Shown in pieces: positions 39,494 to 49,924 of a stretch of 64,000 nt of DNA; within the stretch, counting starts at the first letter, position 1; every line of letters starts with the position of its first letter. The stretch covers positions 354,596 to 418,595 of the forward strand of contig JALWWO010000019.1 in the NCBI GenBank assembly GCA_027078745.1. The letters run 5' to 3'. The DNA is from Chromatiaceae bacterium (GTDB taxonomy: Bacteria > Pseudomonadota > Gammaproteobacteria > Chromatiales > Chromatiaceae). The notes below the pieces were generated by a model, which did no database searches, was not told where the DNA came from, and saw only the letters and a list, made by a program, of their open reading frames with translations. Position numbers and translations under genes: made by a program.

Positions 39494-41779
39494 CTAGTGC
39501 CTCAGCGATTGAATCGAGAAGTTCTGCAGGCTTTCCTGCCACTGAATGCGGGTGGTTTGGCCGGGGGATGGGAAATCGGGAAGGGAAAAGATGCCTTCCA
39601 ACCCGTGCTGGAACTCGCCGCCCAGGGTAACCACTCGGAAAGTGCTGGTGGCGATCTCTCGGTCCCCATCTGCCAACACTTGGATGCGATGGGTACCATC
39701 GCCCAGCAGATTCCAGTTGAAGGACAGGCCGAAGCCGTTGTTTTGATCGCCGCAAATTCCTTGGGTATCGCTGCGAGCGGTGCCATAGGCTACGGGAATC
39801 GGCGCCCGATCATCGATGCGGACAGCGACCGATTGGGCATCGCAGACCCAACCGGAAATCACGCTGATGCCGCTCTGAATGGATCCATCCCGAGGATTTT
39901 CTAACTGACCCAGTTCATTAGGAGTGCTCGCGGTGGGTGCTGTAGCAAAGGGGATGGGGCTGCCGGAAACGCCGGTGATGAGAAAGTTTTGCAAGCTCTC
40001 TTCCCAGGAAACCTGAGTGCGCTGCCCGGGACCAGGGAAATCCTGCAGTTCATAGGTAGCGGACAGGCCGGAGAGAAATTCTTGGCCCAGGGTCTGCACG
40101 GAGAACCGCGCGGAAGCCAGGTCTCGACCATCGGCCATGGCGGTGATCTGATGTTCCCCATCTCCCAGCAAGTTGAGATTCAGGAGCAGGCCAAAGCCGT
40201 TGTTCTGGTCGCCGCAAATGCCCTGGGTATCGCGCCGCGGGGTGCCGTAGCCGGTGGCGACCACCCATTGATCATCGATGCGCAGATCCAGGTTCTTCGC
40301 TTCACAGGCCCAGCCGGAGAGCACGCCGATGCCGCTGTAGGTGCCGCCGGGTTGGGGATTGTCCAAAAACCCCGGCGTGTTCGCCTGGCAGGCGGTGCCC
40401 GCGAAGGGCAGCACATCCGGCACGATCCGCACGCCGCTAGTATAGATCTGCCGATCCCAGCCGGTCTTGCCGTAGACCAGTTCCACCGCAAAGGCCCGCC
40501 AGCCCTGTTCTGGCAGGGACACGGAGCCGACGAACCGCCCGCCCCCCTGATCCTGCAAGGGGGTGCGCGTCCAGGCCTGACCGATGACGGGCAGGCGGAA
40601 ATCGCGGGCATTTGGATTGGTCGCTTGCACCAGAAACACCGCATCCGGCCGATCCGGTGCCCACACGTGAATGCTGCCGTCTGCTTCCAACCACCATTGA
40701 TAACGGGGCGGTTCCTGTCCCGCATTGAGGGTGCGAATCCAGGCCAGGGCAGCCAGGGCGACATCCAGCAATTGTTCCGTGTCCTCCCCCTGGGAATGGC
40801 CGGTGTTGAAGGTGTAGCGCAGCCATTTGGGGCCCGGGAGTTCCTCATAATAGAAGCGCCAGGAGTCGCTGAGGAAGAATTCATCTCCCGCAGAGTTGAT
40901 GAGCAGCTTTGGCAGCTGATAGCGATCCCGATAGCGATAGGGATCGACGATGGCCAGCAGATCTTGGCCGAGTTTAGAACGGGACCGGCAGGGCAGATCG
41001 AATGCTTCGTAATCGGCGATGGCCGGGGAATAGAAGCCCAGGGCTTCCCAATGATGGGTGAACTGCTGATCCATGTGCAGGAGATCGATGGAGATGGGCA
41101 CGATGGCCTTGACTCGGGCATCCACCGCCGCTGTCAACCAGGTGGTCCAGCCCCGCTTGGAACCCCCGAGCAGGATGAAATCCTGAATGGGAATATTCCG
41201 ATCCCCCAGAAAGCGCTGCACGGTGTCCATGGCGCGCACCACGGCCTTGGTCATGGCCAAGTGAACCGGCCATTCCTCATCACCGGTCTCGATGAACCGA
41301 TCCAAGCTATAGGCGAGGATGGCATCTTCCGTGCGGGGATGGTCCACCTCATCGGCGAAATACAGGGGCTGGTTGGGGATCTGATTGATCATGGCCACCA
41401 CCATGCCGCTGGCGAGGGCCAGCGTCGCCATGGCTTCCCCGGTCTCCGTGTTGGGCGGACGGCCATTCTTGCCCCCGTTGATGATGAGCAGGGCGGTCTT
41501 TGGGCTGGGGGAATGGCGCACGGCGGGCACTGTGATCTGCAATTCATGTTCCCAGGTGGTGCGATCCACTTCCTCCGGATGCCGCCAGTTCTGGGAGATC
41601 ATGCGGAGGAAATAGCTGGTGTAGCTCAAGGTGTCATCTCGAGCATACAGACCGTATTCATAGGCGGGATCGGGACGGGCCACATAGCGATCCAAGGCGG
41701 TTTCCCCTCGGGTCGGGGCCGCCGCGATCAGCAGCAGCCAGAGAAGGGGGATCCAGTAGCGGGGGGACATGTTCAGCAC
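39494..41779 (-). CDS. Secreted PhoPQ-activated pathogenicity-related (PqaA) family alpha/beta-hydrolase-like protein with two C-terminal ~135-aa tandem repeat domains
   Basis: Signal peptide (LLWLLLIAAAPTRGETA). The N-terminal 450 aa are PqaA-like. The C-terminus carries two repeats, each containing GxSxxSGWxC, TQGICGDQNNGFGL and LLGDG(E/T)H motifs. Confidence 0.65.
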   Translation of the reverse strand: MLNMSPRYWIPLLWLLLIAAAPTRGETALDRYVARPDPAYEYGLYARDDTLSYTSYFLRMISQNWRHPEEVDRTTWEHELQITVPAVRHSPSPKTALLIINGGKNGRPPNTETGEAMATLALASGMVVAMINQIPNQPLYFADEVDHPRTEDAILAYSLDRFIETGDEEWPVHLAMTKAVVRAMDTVQRFLGDRNIPIQDFILLGGSKRGWTTWLTAAVDARVKAIVPISIDLLHMDQQFTHHWEALGFYSPAIADYEAFDLPCRSRSKLGQDLLAIVDPYRYRDRYQLPKLLINSAGDEFFLSDSWRFYYEELPGPKWLRYTFNTGHSQGEDTEQLLDVALAALAWIRTLNAGQEPPRYQWWLEADGSIHVWAPDRPDAVFLVQATNPNARDFRLPVIGQAWTRTPLQDQGGGRFVGSVSLPEQGWRAFAVELVYGKTGWDRQIYTSGVRIVPDVLPFAGTACQANTPGFLDNPQPGGTYSGIGVLSGWACEAKNLDLRIDDQWVVATGYGTPRRDTQGICGDQNNGFGLLLNLNLLGDGEHQITAMADGRDLASARFSVQTLGQEFLSGLSATYELQDFPGPGQRTQVSWEESLQNFLITGVSGSPIPFATAPTASTPNELGQLENPRDGSIQSGISVISGWVCDAQSVAVRIDDRAPIPVAYGTARSDTQGICGDQNNGFGLSFNWNLLGDGTHRIQVLADGDREIATSTFRVVTLGGEFQHGLEGIFSLPDFPSPGQTTRIQWQESLQNFSIQSLRH

Positions 41780-41851
41780 TCCAACAGGGAACAGGAGATA
41801 GAAGATAGAAAGATAGACGATAGAATAAGGGTTTTGGATGGAAACCGAACG

Positions 41852-43414
41852 ATGATTTCCCTACTCGATTACGGCGCGGGCAATGTGCGCAGCGTCCGCA
41901 ATGCAGTGCGCGCTTTGGGCTTCGACCTACAGGACATTCGCGGGCCGGAAGATATTCAGCGGGCCGATTACATCCTCTTCCCAGGTGTAGGCAATTTCGG
42001 CGCTGCCATAGAAGGCTTGCGCGCCCGCAATCTCTTGGCCTCTCTGCAAGCTTATCTTCAAGCGGATCGTCCCTTTCTGGGCATCTGCATCGGCCTGCAA
42101 GTACTCTTCGAGGGGAGCGAGGAAGCCCCAGGGGTGCCGGGTCTAGGCCTGATCCCCGGCCAGATCCGCCGCTTCGACGCGCCCGGGCTTTCCGTGCCCC
42201 ACATGGGTTGGAACGGTCTGCGGGGATCCTTGCCCGATCTCCGAGAGAAAAAATTTTATTTCGTCCATTCCTATCGGGCGGTGCCCGAGGCCAAGAATCG
42301 GGATTGGATCTGGCTGGAAACCGATTACGGCGGCCCCTTCATCAGCGCCGTGCGCCGCGGGCGGATCTGCGCGTTGCAGTTTCATCCGGAAAAAAGCGGG
42401 GAAGCCGGCCTTCAGTTGCTGAAGGCCTTGCTGGCCCCGGAAGATTTGCCCAGTGTGCAACCGCTTCAAGAAGAAACCCGATTGGCCAAGCGCATCATCG
42501 CCTGCTTGGATGTGCGCACCAATGATGCGGGCGATCTGGTGGTGACCAAGGGGGATCAATACGATGTGCGGGAGTCAGGGCAGGTGCGCAATCTGGGAAA
42601 GCCGGTGGATCTGGCCCGCCGCTACTATCAGGAAGGGGCGGATGAGATCACTTTCCTCAACATCACTGCTTTTCGAGATTTTCCCCTGGCGGATCAACCC
42701 ATGCTGGAGGTGCTGCGGCGCACCTCGGAGCAGGTGTTCGTACCCCTGACCATCGGCGGCGGCATCCGAGCATTCACCGATCATCAGGGCCGCCATTACA
42801 GCGCCTTAGATGTGGCTGCCGAGTACTTCGCTTCCGGTGCGGACAAGGTTTCCATCGGCAGCGATGCGGTGCGCACCGCCGAGCAAGTCTTGGCCGGCAC
42901 CCATGTGCCGGGGCGCAGCGCCATCGAGCAGATCGCTCAGCGCTACGGCAATCAAGCGGTGGTCATCTCCATCGATCCCCGACGGGTCTACGTGCGATCG
43001 CCCGAGGAAACGCCCCATCCCACGATCGCTACGAAGATCCCGGGCCCAGCGGGGGAGAACTATTGCTGGTTCCAATGCACGGTCAAAGGGGGGCGGGAAG
43101 GTCGTGATCTGGATGCCATCCGATTGGCGCAGCGCTGCGAACAGCTGGGGGCCGGGGAAATCCTACTCAACTCCATCGATCGGGATGGAACCGGCCTGGG
43201 CTTCGATCTGGAGTTGATTCAGGCGGTGCGGTCTGCCGTCTCCATTCCGGTCATCGCCTCCAGCGGTGCCGGACGAATGGAACACTTTTCCGAACTGTTC
43301 CAATCCGTGGACGTGGAAGCCGCTTTGGCGGCGGGCATCTTCCACCGGCGGGAAGTACCCATCGCTGCGGTCAAGGCCCACTTGCGAGACCAGGGGATTC
43401 CCATCCGCCCTTGA
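41852..43414 (+). CDS. Imidazole glycerol phosphate synthase, fused HisH (glutaminase) - HisF (cyclase) protein
   Basis: About 520 aa. The N-terminal class-I GATase has the catalytic Cys (GICIGLQ) and HSY. The C-terminal (beta/alpha)8 HisF-like part is present (CLDVR...; SIPVIASSGAG). Confidence 0.85.
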   Translation: MISLLDYGAGNVRSVRNAVRALGFDLQDIRGPEDIQRADYILFPGVGNFGAAIEGLRARNLLASLQAYLQADRPFLGICIGLQVLFEGSEEAPGVPGLGLIPGQIRRFDAPGLSVPHMGWNGLRGSLPDLREKKFYFVHSYRAVPEAKNRDWIWLETDYGGPFISAVRRGRICALQFHPEKSGEAGLQLLKALLAPEDLPSVQPLQEETRLAKRIIACLDVRTNDAGDLVVTKGDQYDVRESGQVRNLGKPVDLARRYYQEGADEITFLNITAFRDFPLADQPMLEVLRRTSEQVFVPLTIGGGIRAFTDHQGRHYSALDVAAEYFASGADKVSIGSDAVRTAEQVLAGTHVPGRSAIEQIAQRYGNQAVVISIDPRRVYVRSPEETPHPTIATKIPGPAGENYCWFQCTVKGGREGRDLDAIRLAQRCEQLGAGEILLNSIDRDGTGLGFDLELIQAVRSAVSIPVIASSGAGRMEHFSELFQSVDVEAALAAGIFHRREVPIAAVKAHLRDQGIPIRP

Positions 43415-44966
43415 TCTCGATCAGGGCCACTTGCCCCCGCTGAAAGCGCAGGGCTTGTTGGTCGGGAGGAATCTCTCGAGAAAGGGATGCCCGCTTGTCG
43501 ATGCGCAGGAAGACCAGCTCCCCGGGTTTCGGTATCCGTGCTGGCGTGATCGCCCCTCGATAGAAACTGAAACTCGGCAGATTGGTGCGGTATCGCACCG
43601 TGGGCTTCGCCAGCGTTCGGGCGAGCTGCGCCGCTTCCTTCACCGGTGTTTGGAGCACGGCGAAGACCCGAGGCACCAACACCCCATAGAGCAGCAGGAC
43701 TTGGGCGAAGCCCACGATCAGCAGCCCTTGCCAGGGGGGCAATTTCGGCATCCGAAAGAGCGCGACGACCAGCAGCACGCCCAGGCCCATGGCGAGCCGA
43801 TACCGCCCATCCAATTGTTCTCTGCCCAATTGGAGCAGGGCCAGTTCATGGACGCGGGTGCTGCGCTGGGCGGCGAGATCCAGGAGTTCCGGCAAGCCCA
43901 GGAGCAACAGGAAAAAGAGCAGGGGCGGGGCATAGGCTACCCAAGGATTGCGCAACGCAGCGCGATAGCGCGCCAGGAGGAGGAACAAGGGCGTGGCCCC
44001 GTAGAGCAAATAATGGGGCAGCTGGGTGCGTGAGAAGGAGAAGAAGAGGAACACGCTTAGAAACCAGAGCACCAGAAAGCGGTTCAGGGCATCGGTCCAG
44101 AGGGCGCGGAGATGGGGAATCAGGGCGACTAAGCCGCCGCTGAAGGGCAGCAAAATCAGGGGTAGCACGAGGAAATAATAGCCGAAAAAGCCTTCATGCC
44201 CGTGGATCACCCCGCTGAAGCGCCCCAAGTTGTGCTTGAGAAAAAAGCTCTCGAAAAAACCGGGGCCGCTGTTCCAATAGATGGCCAGATGCCAGGGCAA
44301 CACGAGGAGAAGAAAGACCGCCCAGCCTCGAGGGAAATACAGGGCCTGCCACCCGCGCTTCCAAGCGCCTTGGGAGGCGAAGAACAGCAGGCTGATGACC
44401 AGGGGAAAGAAGACGGCCACCGGTCCCTTGGTGAGAAACCCCAGCCCTATCCAAGCGTAGATCCCTAAGAGAGTGCGATCCTCCGGCTGTTGATACCAAC
44501 GGTAGATGCCCAGCAAGCTCAGGGTAAGAAAGAGGTTGAGCAGGGCATCCGCGGTGGCTGCCTTGGCGATGAGGGAGACTTCCAGGCTCAGCACCATAAA
44601 AAGGGCGGCGATGCTGGCTGTGTCCCTGTCCAAAAACCGGCGGGCGAAGCGCCAGAGTGCCCAGACCCAGGCCAGGGCAGCTAGGGCTGAGGGTAGCCGC
44701 AGGGCGAATTCGTTCAGCCCGAACCCCTGGGCGGCAAGGGCTTGAAACCAGTAGATGAGGATGGGTTTATCATAGCGGGGTTGGCCGTCCTTGTAAGGCG
44801 TGATGAAATCACCGCTGGCAAGCATTTCCCGCGTGGCTTCCGTAAATGCCCCTTCATCCAGATCATAGAGGGGCACGGATCCCAGTTGCCAGAAAAAGCT
44901 GAGCCAGAGAGCGCACGCCAGCAGGAGCAAGAGCAAGCCGGATCGGGAAAAGCGGTGCACATTCAT
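43371..44966 (-). CDS. ArnT/PMT-like GT-C glycosyltransferase (family 39/83)
   Basis: 531 aa with about 12 TM helices. The first periplasmic-loop motif (LYDLDEGAFTEATREM) and the DE motif of GT-C polyprenyl-phosphate-sugar-dependent transferases are present. Confidence 0.75.
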   Translation of the reverse strand: MNVHRFSRSGLLLLLLACALWLSFFWQLGSVPLYDLDEGAFTEATREMLASGDFITPYKDGQPRYDKPILIYWFQALAAQGFGLNEFALRLPSALAALAWVWALWRFARRFLDRDTASIAALFMVLSLEVSLIAKAATADALLNLFLTLSLLGIYRWYQQPEDRTLLGIYAWIGLGFLTKGPVAVFFPLVISLLFFASQGAWKRGWQALYFPRGWAVFLLLVLPWHLAIYWNSGPGFFESFFLKHNLGRFSGVIHGHEGFFGYYFLVLPLILLPFSGGLVALIPHLRALWTDALNRFLVLWFLSVFLFFSFSRTQLPHYLLYGATPLFLLLARYRAALRNPWVAYAPPLLFFLLLLGLPELLDLAAQRSTRVHELALLQLGREQLDGRYRLAMGLGVLLVVALFRMPKLPPWQGLLIVGFAQVLLLYGVLVPRVFAVLQTPVKEAAQLARTLAKPTVRYRTNLPSFSFYRGAITPARIPKPGELVFLRIDKRASLSREIPPDQQALRFQRGQVALIEIKGGWESPGLASGP

Positions 44967-45961
44967 GGATCGGGATCAGCGGTTTTCCAAGCGGCGGTTT
45001 GGGGATCACTCTGCCAGGCGATGGAAAAGCTCTTTCTGCAGGGGGATTCGAACTGGGTGCGGATCAGCAGCTCCGCCAGCACGCCGGTGGTGAGCAACTG
45101 AATGGAAGCCACCAGAAACAAAACGCCTGCGAAGAGCAGGGGCCGGCCCCCAATGTCCTCGCCCCACAGGAATTTCAGGCTCAGCAGATAGCCCATGATG
45201 AGGGCACCGAACAGCCCGAAGGCCAGGCCGAACGCCCCGAAGAAATGGCCCGGGCGGGCCTGATAGCGCAGGAAGAAGGAGGCGGACAACAGATCCAAAA
45301 GTACCCGAAAGGTGCGGGATAGGCCGTACTTGGAGACGCCGAACCGCCGCGCTTCATGGCGAACCACGGTTTCCCCGATGCGCTGAGGATCGGTGATGCC
45401 CGCCACCCAGACGGGAATGAAGCGGTGCATCTCCCCGAACAGACGCACCTGTTGGATGACCTCTGCCCGATAGATCTTGAGACTACAGCCGTAATCGTGC
45501 AGTCCCAATCCGGTGACCCGCGCGATGAGCCAGTTGGCCATGCGAGAAGGGATCCTGCGCAAGAATAAATCATCTTGCCGCCGCTGCCGCCAACCCTGCA
45601 AGAGATCCAGATCCCGTTGCAACAGCTCTTCCACCATGCGGGGAATGTCCCTCGGATCGTTCTGCAAGTCCCCGTCCAAGGTGGCGATCAGCTCACCCCG
45701 CGCCAGATCCAAACCCGCCTGTATGGCGGCGGTCTGGCCGAAGTTGCGCCGCAATCGGACGATGCGCACATGGGGGCCGTACTGGGCTGCCAGGGCCCGC
45801 AACTGCTCCCCGGTCCCATCTCGGCTGCCGTCGTCCACGCAGATCAGTTCCCAGGGACCGGGAAAATCCGCCAAACCCTGATGAACTCGCTGTAACAGGG
45901 GGCCCACGTTCTGGGCTTCTTCGTACAGGGGAATCACGAGGGAGAGGCTGGGTGGACACAT
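44963..45961 (-). CDS. Family-2 glycosyltransferase, polyprenyl-phosphate sugar synthase type (ArnC/GtrB-like)
   Basis: The GT2 N-terminus (LSLVIPLYEE...DDGSRDGT...DGDLQNDP) is followed by two C-terminal TM helices. It overlaps the GT-C gene. Confidence 0.8.
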   Translation of the reverse strand: MCPPSLSLVIPLYEEAQNVGPLLQRVHQGLADFPGPWELICVDDGSRDGTGEQLRALAAQYGPHVRIVRLRRNFGQTAAIQAGLDLARGELIATLDGDLQNDPRDIPRMVEELLQRDLDLLQGWRQRRQDDLFLRRIPSRMANWLIARVTGLGLHDYGCSLKIYRAEVIQQVRLFGEMHRFIPVWVAGITDPQRIGETVVRHEARRFGVSKYGLSRTFRVLLDLLSASFFLRYQARPGHFFGAFGLAFGLFGALIMGYLLSLKFLWGEDIGGRPLLFAGVLFLVASIQLLTTGVLAELLIRTQFESPCRKSFSIAWQSDPQTAAWKTADPDP

Positions 45962-46032
45962 AGAACCGAGAGTGGCACAACAGAAAATGTATTATATAGG
46001 CTGAAATCCCAGTTTCGGTAGATGGTTTCACG

Positions 46033-46371
46033 ATGAAAACACCGCAGGAAAAGAGAAGACATGCCCGGGTCGCCCTGTTTCAGGAATATTTGCTGGAACT
46101 GGACGGCAAGCACTACAAGGGGTTTACGGGCAATATCAGTCTGGGGGGGGCCTATCTGCACAATATCACGCCGCCTCTCCCTCAGGATAAGCTCACTAAA
46201 ACCGGTCGGATTACCCTGGATCTGGAAGGCACGACCATCCGCATGAGCTGTCAGATCGTCTTCATCGGCACCGGCGAGATCCCCAAGCTGGAAGGGGTGG
46301 GGGTGGCTTTCTTGGGCACAGACCCACGGGTTATGAAGAAACTGCAAGATTTCCTCCTCAAGAAGATCTGA
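46033..46371 (+). CDS. PilZ domain protein
   Basis: 112 aa with RxxxR (EKRRHARV) and DxSxGG (GNISLGGAY) c-di-GMP-binding motifs. Confidence 0.75.
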   Translation: MKTPQEKRRHARVALFQEYLLELDGKHYKGFTGNISLGGAYLHNITPPLPQDKLTKTGRITLDLEGTTIRMSCQIVFIGTGEIPKLEGVGVAFLGTDPRVMKKLQDFLLKKI

Positions 46372-46384
46372 ACAGGGAGAGGGT

Positions 46385-47479
46385 ATGGGACAGAGAACGC
46401 CCCTATTCGCAGAACATCAACGGCTGGGCGCCCGCATCGTTCCTTTCGGGGGCTGGGACATGCCCTTGCATTACGGTTCTCAGCTCGAAGAGCATCACGC
46501 GGTACGGCAGCACTCGGGCATGTTCGACGTGAGCCACATGCGCATTCTGGATCTGGCGGGTTCAGAAGCTCAGGCCTTTCTGCGCCATCTGCTGGCGAAC
46601 GATGTGGCCAAGCTCAAGACGCCGGGCAAGGCGCTCTACAGCTGTATGCTCCGAGACGATGGGGGCGTGCTGGACGACCTCATCGTCTACTACCGAGGGC
46701 CGGATCGCTATCGAATCGTGGTCAACGCCGCCACTGCAGAAAAAGATCTGGCCTGGATGCGCACCCAGCTCTCGGCGTTTTCCGCCGAACTCCAGCCCCG
46801 ATCGGATCTGGCCATGATTGCCGTGCAGGGTCCGGAGGCCCGCGCCAACACCCTACCCCTGTTGGATCCCGCTTTGCGGGAAGCCGCCGGTGCGCTGAAA
46901 CCCTTCTTCGCAGCGGAATCTGGAGATTGGTTCGTCGGGCGCACGGGCTATACGGGCGAGGACGGTTTTGAAGTCATGCTGCCCGCGGATCAGGCCCCCG
47001 CCTTCTGGCAGGCCCTGCACGAAGCAGGCGTTCGCCCCTGTGGGCTGGGTGCTCGGGATACCCTGCGCTTGGAAGCGGGCATGAACCTCTACGGTCAGGA
47101 CATGGATGAGACCGTCAGCCCCTTGGAAAGCGGCTTGAACTGGACGGTCGCTTGGGAACCGGAAGACCGGCCGTTCATCGGGCGGGCGGCCCTGGAGGCA
47201 CAGCGGAAGGCAGGTGGGCTGCGGCGTTTCGTGGGTTTGCTCCTCTTGGATCGGGGCGTGCTGCGCAGTCATCAGAAGGTCTTTCAAGGGGAGCAGGAAA
47301 TGGGAGAGATCACCTCCGGCGGCTTCTCCCCCAGCTTGCAGCGCTCCATCGCCCTGGCGCGGGTGGATGCCCGCATCGGTGAGACTTGCGAAGTGGAAGT
47401 CCGGGGCAAGCTGCTGCGGGCGCGGGTGGTCAAGCCTCCCTTCGTCCGCCAGGGCAAGGCCTGTATCTCGCTGGATTAG
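46385..47479 (+). CDS. gcvT: Glycine cleavage system aminomethyltransferase T
   Basis: 364 aa, GcvT-like throughout. Confidence 0.95.
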   Translation: MGQRTPLFAEHQRLGARIVPFGGWDMPLHYGSQLEEHHAVRQHSGMFDVSHMRILDLAGSEAQAFLRHLLANDVAKLKTPGKALYSCMLRDDGGVLDDLIVYYRGPDRYRIVVNAATAEKDLAWMRTQLSAFSAELQPRSDLAMIAVQGPEARANTLPLLDPALREAAGALKPFFAAESGDWFVGRTGYTGEDGFEVMLPADQAPAFWQALHEAGVRPCGLGARDTLRLEAGMNLYGQDMDETVSPLESGLNWTVAWEPEDRPFIGRAALEAQRKAGGLRRFVGLLLLDRGVLRSHQKVFQGEQEMGEITSGGFSPSLQRSIALARVDARIGETCEVEVRGKLLRARVVKPPFVRQGKACISLD

Positions 47480-47557
47480 TTTTCCTGCGACAGCGCTTTT
47501 TCCCGATCCCCGATGGGCGATCGGGTTTCTTCTTTTGTTTTAATCTGGATGAATGAG

Positions 47558-47953
47558 ATGAGCACGGTACCAAATGAATTGCGATATACCCAGGATCACG
47601 AATGGGTGCGGGATAACGGGGATGGCACTGTAACTGTGGGGATCACGGACCACGCCCAGGAAGCGCTGGGGGATCTGGTCTTCGTGGAGATTCCCGAGGT
47701 CGGGCGATCTCTGGCGGCGGGAGATGCCTGCGCGGTGGTGGAATCGGTCAAAGCGGCTTCGGATGTCTACAGCCCCTTGGCGGGGGAAGTGGTGGAAGCC
47801 AATGAGGCCCTGAGCGAAGCTCCCGAGCGCATCAATGAGGATCCCTATGGGGAAGGCTGGATCTTCCGGCTGGCGCTCAAAGATCCTGCCGACCTGGATC
47901 AGCTCCTGAATGCCGAGGCCTACGAGCAGTTGCTCGCCGAGGAAGAGGCCTGA
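47558..47953 (+). CDS. gcvH: Glycine cleavage system H protein
   Basis: Lipoyl-lysine motif ([13 protein letters not shown]). The start is at the ATG (MSTVPN...). Confidence 0.93.
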   Translation: MSTVPNELRYTQDHEWVRDNGDGTVTVGITDHAQEALGDLVFVEIPEVGRSLAAGDACAVVESVKAASDVYSPLAGEVVEANEALSEAPERINEDPYGEGWIFRLALKDPADLDQLLNAEAYEQLLAEEEA

Positions 47954-47959
47954 TCGCCC

Positions 47960-49357
47960 ATGCCGTTTATCCCGCACACTGAAGAAGAAACCGCTGCCAT
48001 GCTGGCAGCCATCGGAGTGGATCGCATCGAAGATCTCTTCGACGAAATCCCCTCAGCACTCCGCACCCGCACGCCCCCCGAAGTGCCGGAAGCCCTTTCG
48101 GAAATGGAGGTCGGCAATCTGCTGAACGCGCGGGCCCGGCAGGACGGGCAACCCCTCTGCTTCCTGGGCGCCGGTGCTTACGATCATCACATTCCGGCGG
48201 CGGTCTGGGAGATCGCCACCCGCGGGGAGTTCTACACCGCCTACACCCCTTATCAGGCGGAGGCGAGCCAGGGCACTTTGCAACTCCTCTATGAGTTCCA
48301 ATCCATGATGACCGCCCTCACGGGCTTGGAGGTCTCCAACGCTTCCCTCTATGACGGGGCCTCCGCCCTGGCGGAAGCAGTGCTCATGGCAGTGCGGGCT
48401 AATCGAGCGGTGCGGGCGCGGCGGGTGCTGATGCCGAAAACCCTGCATCCTCGGTATCGGGAAACCGTGCGCACCCTCGTACATCCTCAGCAGATTGAAT
48501 TGGTGGAAATCGACTTCGATCTCCAGGGCGGCCATACCCCGCTGGAAGCCTTGGCACCCTGGAAGGATCAGCCGATCACCGCCCTCATCCTGCCGCAGCC
48601 GAATTTCTTCGGGGTGCTGGAGGAGGTAGATGTGCTCACGGACTGGGCCCACGAGAAAAAAGCACTGGTCATCGGCGTCGTCAATCCCATCTCCCTGGCC
48701 CTGCTGAAGCCGCCGGGGGATTGGGGCAAAAAGGGTGCGGATATCGCCTGCGGGGAAGCCCAGCCCCTGGGGATGCCCCTGGCCTCTGGGGGACCCTACG
48801 CGGGCTTCCTCTGCTGCCGGCAAGCCCTGGTTCGCCAGCTTCCTGGGCGCATCGTGGGTCGCACCCTGGATCTGGAAGGCAATCCAGGCTTCACCCTGAC
48901 CTTGCAGGCCCGAGAACAGCACATCCGCCGCTCCAAGGCCACTTCCAATATCTGCACCAATCAGGGGCTGTTGGTGACTGCGGCGACCATTTATCTCGCC
49001 CTGTTGGGGGCAGAAGGCTTGGAACGGGTGGCCCGAGTCTGCCATGCCAACACCCGCAGGCTTGGGGAATTGCTCTGTGAGATCGACGGCATTGCACCTC
49101 GGTTCAACCGCCCCATCTTCCATGAACAGGTGCTCCGATTGCCCGCGCCCGCCGGGGAAATCCTGCGCGCCCTGGCAGCCCATGGGATCCTCGGCGGCTA
49201 TGATCTCAGCGCCGATTATCCGGAACTGGGCTCGGCCCTGCTGATCTGCGCCACCGAGCGGCGCACGGAGGCGGAGATGCAGACCTATGCCGCTAAGCTC
49301 GCGCGGGTCATCGCCGCCCGCACCCAAGCCCGATGTCCCGTTGAACCTAAATATTGA
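47960..49357 (+). CDS. gcvPA: Glycine dehydrogenase (decarboxylating) subunit 1
   Basis: 465 aa split-type GcvP alpha subunit. Confidence 0.92.
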   Translation: MPFIPHTEEETAAMLAAIGVDRIEDLFDEIPSALRTRTPPEVPEALSEMEVGNLLNARARQDGQPLCFLGAGAYDHHIPAAVWEIATRGEFYTAYTPYQAEASQGTLQLLYEFQSMMTALTGLEVSNASLYDGASALAEAVLMAVRANRAVRARRVLMPKTLHPRYRETVRTLVHPQQIELVEIDFDLQGGHTPLEALAPWKDQPITALILPQPNFFGVLEEVDVLTDWAHEKKALVIGVVNPISLALLKPPGDWGKKGADIACGEAQPLGMPLASGGPYAGFLCCRQALVRQLPGRIVGRTLDLEGNPGFTLTLQAREQHIRRSKATSNICTNQGLLVTAATIYLALLGAEGLERVARVCHANTRRLGELLCEIDGIAPRFNRPIFHEQVLRLPAPAGEILRALAAHGILGGYDLSADYPELGSALLICATERRTEAEMQTYAAKLARVIAARTQARCPVEPKY

Positions 49358-49369
49358 AGGAACTACAAC

Positions 49370-49876
49370 ATGGCTCAAACCGCCTTACAAGGTAATCCCG
49401 TCTCCCTTTCCGGCGAACTGCCCGCGGTGGGCACCCAGGCGCCGGATTTTCGCCTCACCACTCGCGATCTCCAGGATGTGAGCCTGGCGGATTATGCCGG
49501 CAAGAAAAAGCTGATCAGCATCGTGCCCAGCTTAGACACGGAGGTTTGCGCCCGCTCCACCAAGAAGTTCAACGAAGCCATGGCGACCCGACCCGATGCA
49601 GTGGCCCTGATCGTCTCCGCAGACCTGCCCTTTGCCGCCGGTCGGTTCTGCACCAGCGAGGGACTCGAAAATGTGATCCCCCTCTCCATGATGCGTTCCC
49701 GCAAGTTCGCCAAGGATTATGGGGTGCTCATCGAGGATGGCCCCCTGGCCGGGATCACCGCCCGGGCCCTGGTGGTGCTGGATGCAAAGGATCGGGTGGT
49801 CTACACCCAGTTGGTGCCGGAGATCACCCAAGAACCCGATTACGATGCTGCCCTCCAGGCCCTGGACGCAGCCTAG
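49370..49876 (+). CDS. tpx: Thiol peroxidase (atypical 2-Cys peroxiredoxin)
   Basis: 168 aa with the peroxidatic Cys motif ([10 protein letters not shown]) and the resolving Cys (FCTSE). Confidence 0.9.
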   Translation: MAQTALQGNPVSLSGELPAVGTQAPDFRLTTRDLQDVSLADYAGKKKLISIVPSLDTEVCARSTKKFNEAMATRPDAVALIVSADLPFAAGRFCTSEGLENVIPLSMMRSRKFAKDYGVLIEDGPLAGITARALVVLDAKDRVVYTQLVPEITQEPDYDAALQALDAA

Positions 49877-49924
49877 TCCCCTGGGTCCGGCTGCCTGCCG
49901 GGCCCTTTTCCAGACGGTACTTCC

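Noticed and set aside
39989-43414. 1141-aa ORF on the + strand spanning antisense to the PqaA-like gene and continuing into hisHF
   Set aside because: Only the last ~520 aa (from the ATG at 41852, MISLLDYGAGN...) has protein-like sequence (HisH-HisF). The upstream 620 aa are Gly/Ala/Pro/Arg-rich, as expected for read-through of the antisense strand of a GC-rich gene. The real gene there is the minus-strand PqaA-like CDS.
45962-46032. TGGCAC-containing sequence upstream of the PilZ gene, considered as a sigma-54 promoter
   Set aside because: The -24 GG element (TGGCAC) is present but the -12 TTGC element at the correct spacing is absent (AACAGAAAATG). It is not a credible RpoN promoter.
46372-46384. 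Searched for a glycine riboswitch upstream of gcvT
   Set aside because: Only 13 bp separate the PilZ gene stop from the gcvT start. There is no room for a riboswitch, and the region upstream of the PilZ gene shows no tandem glycine-aptamer features.
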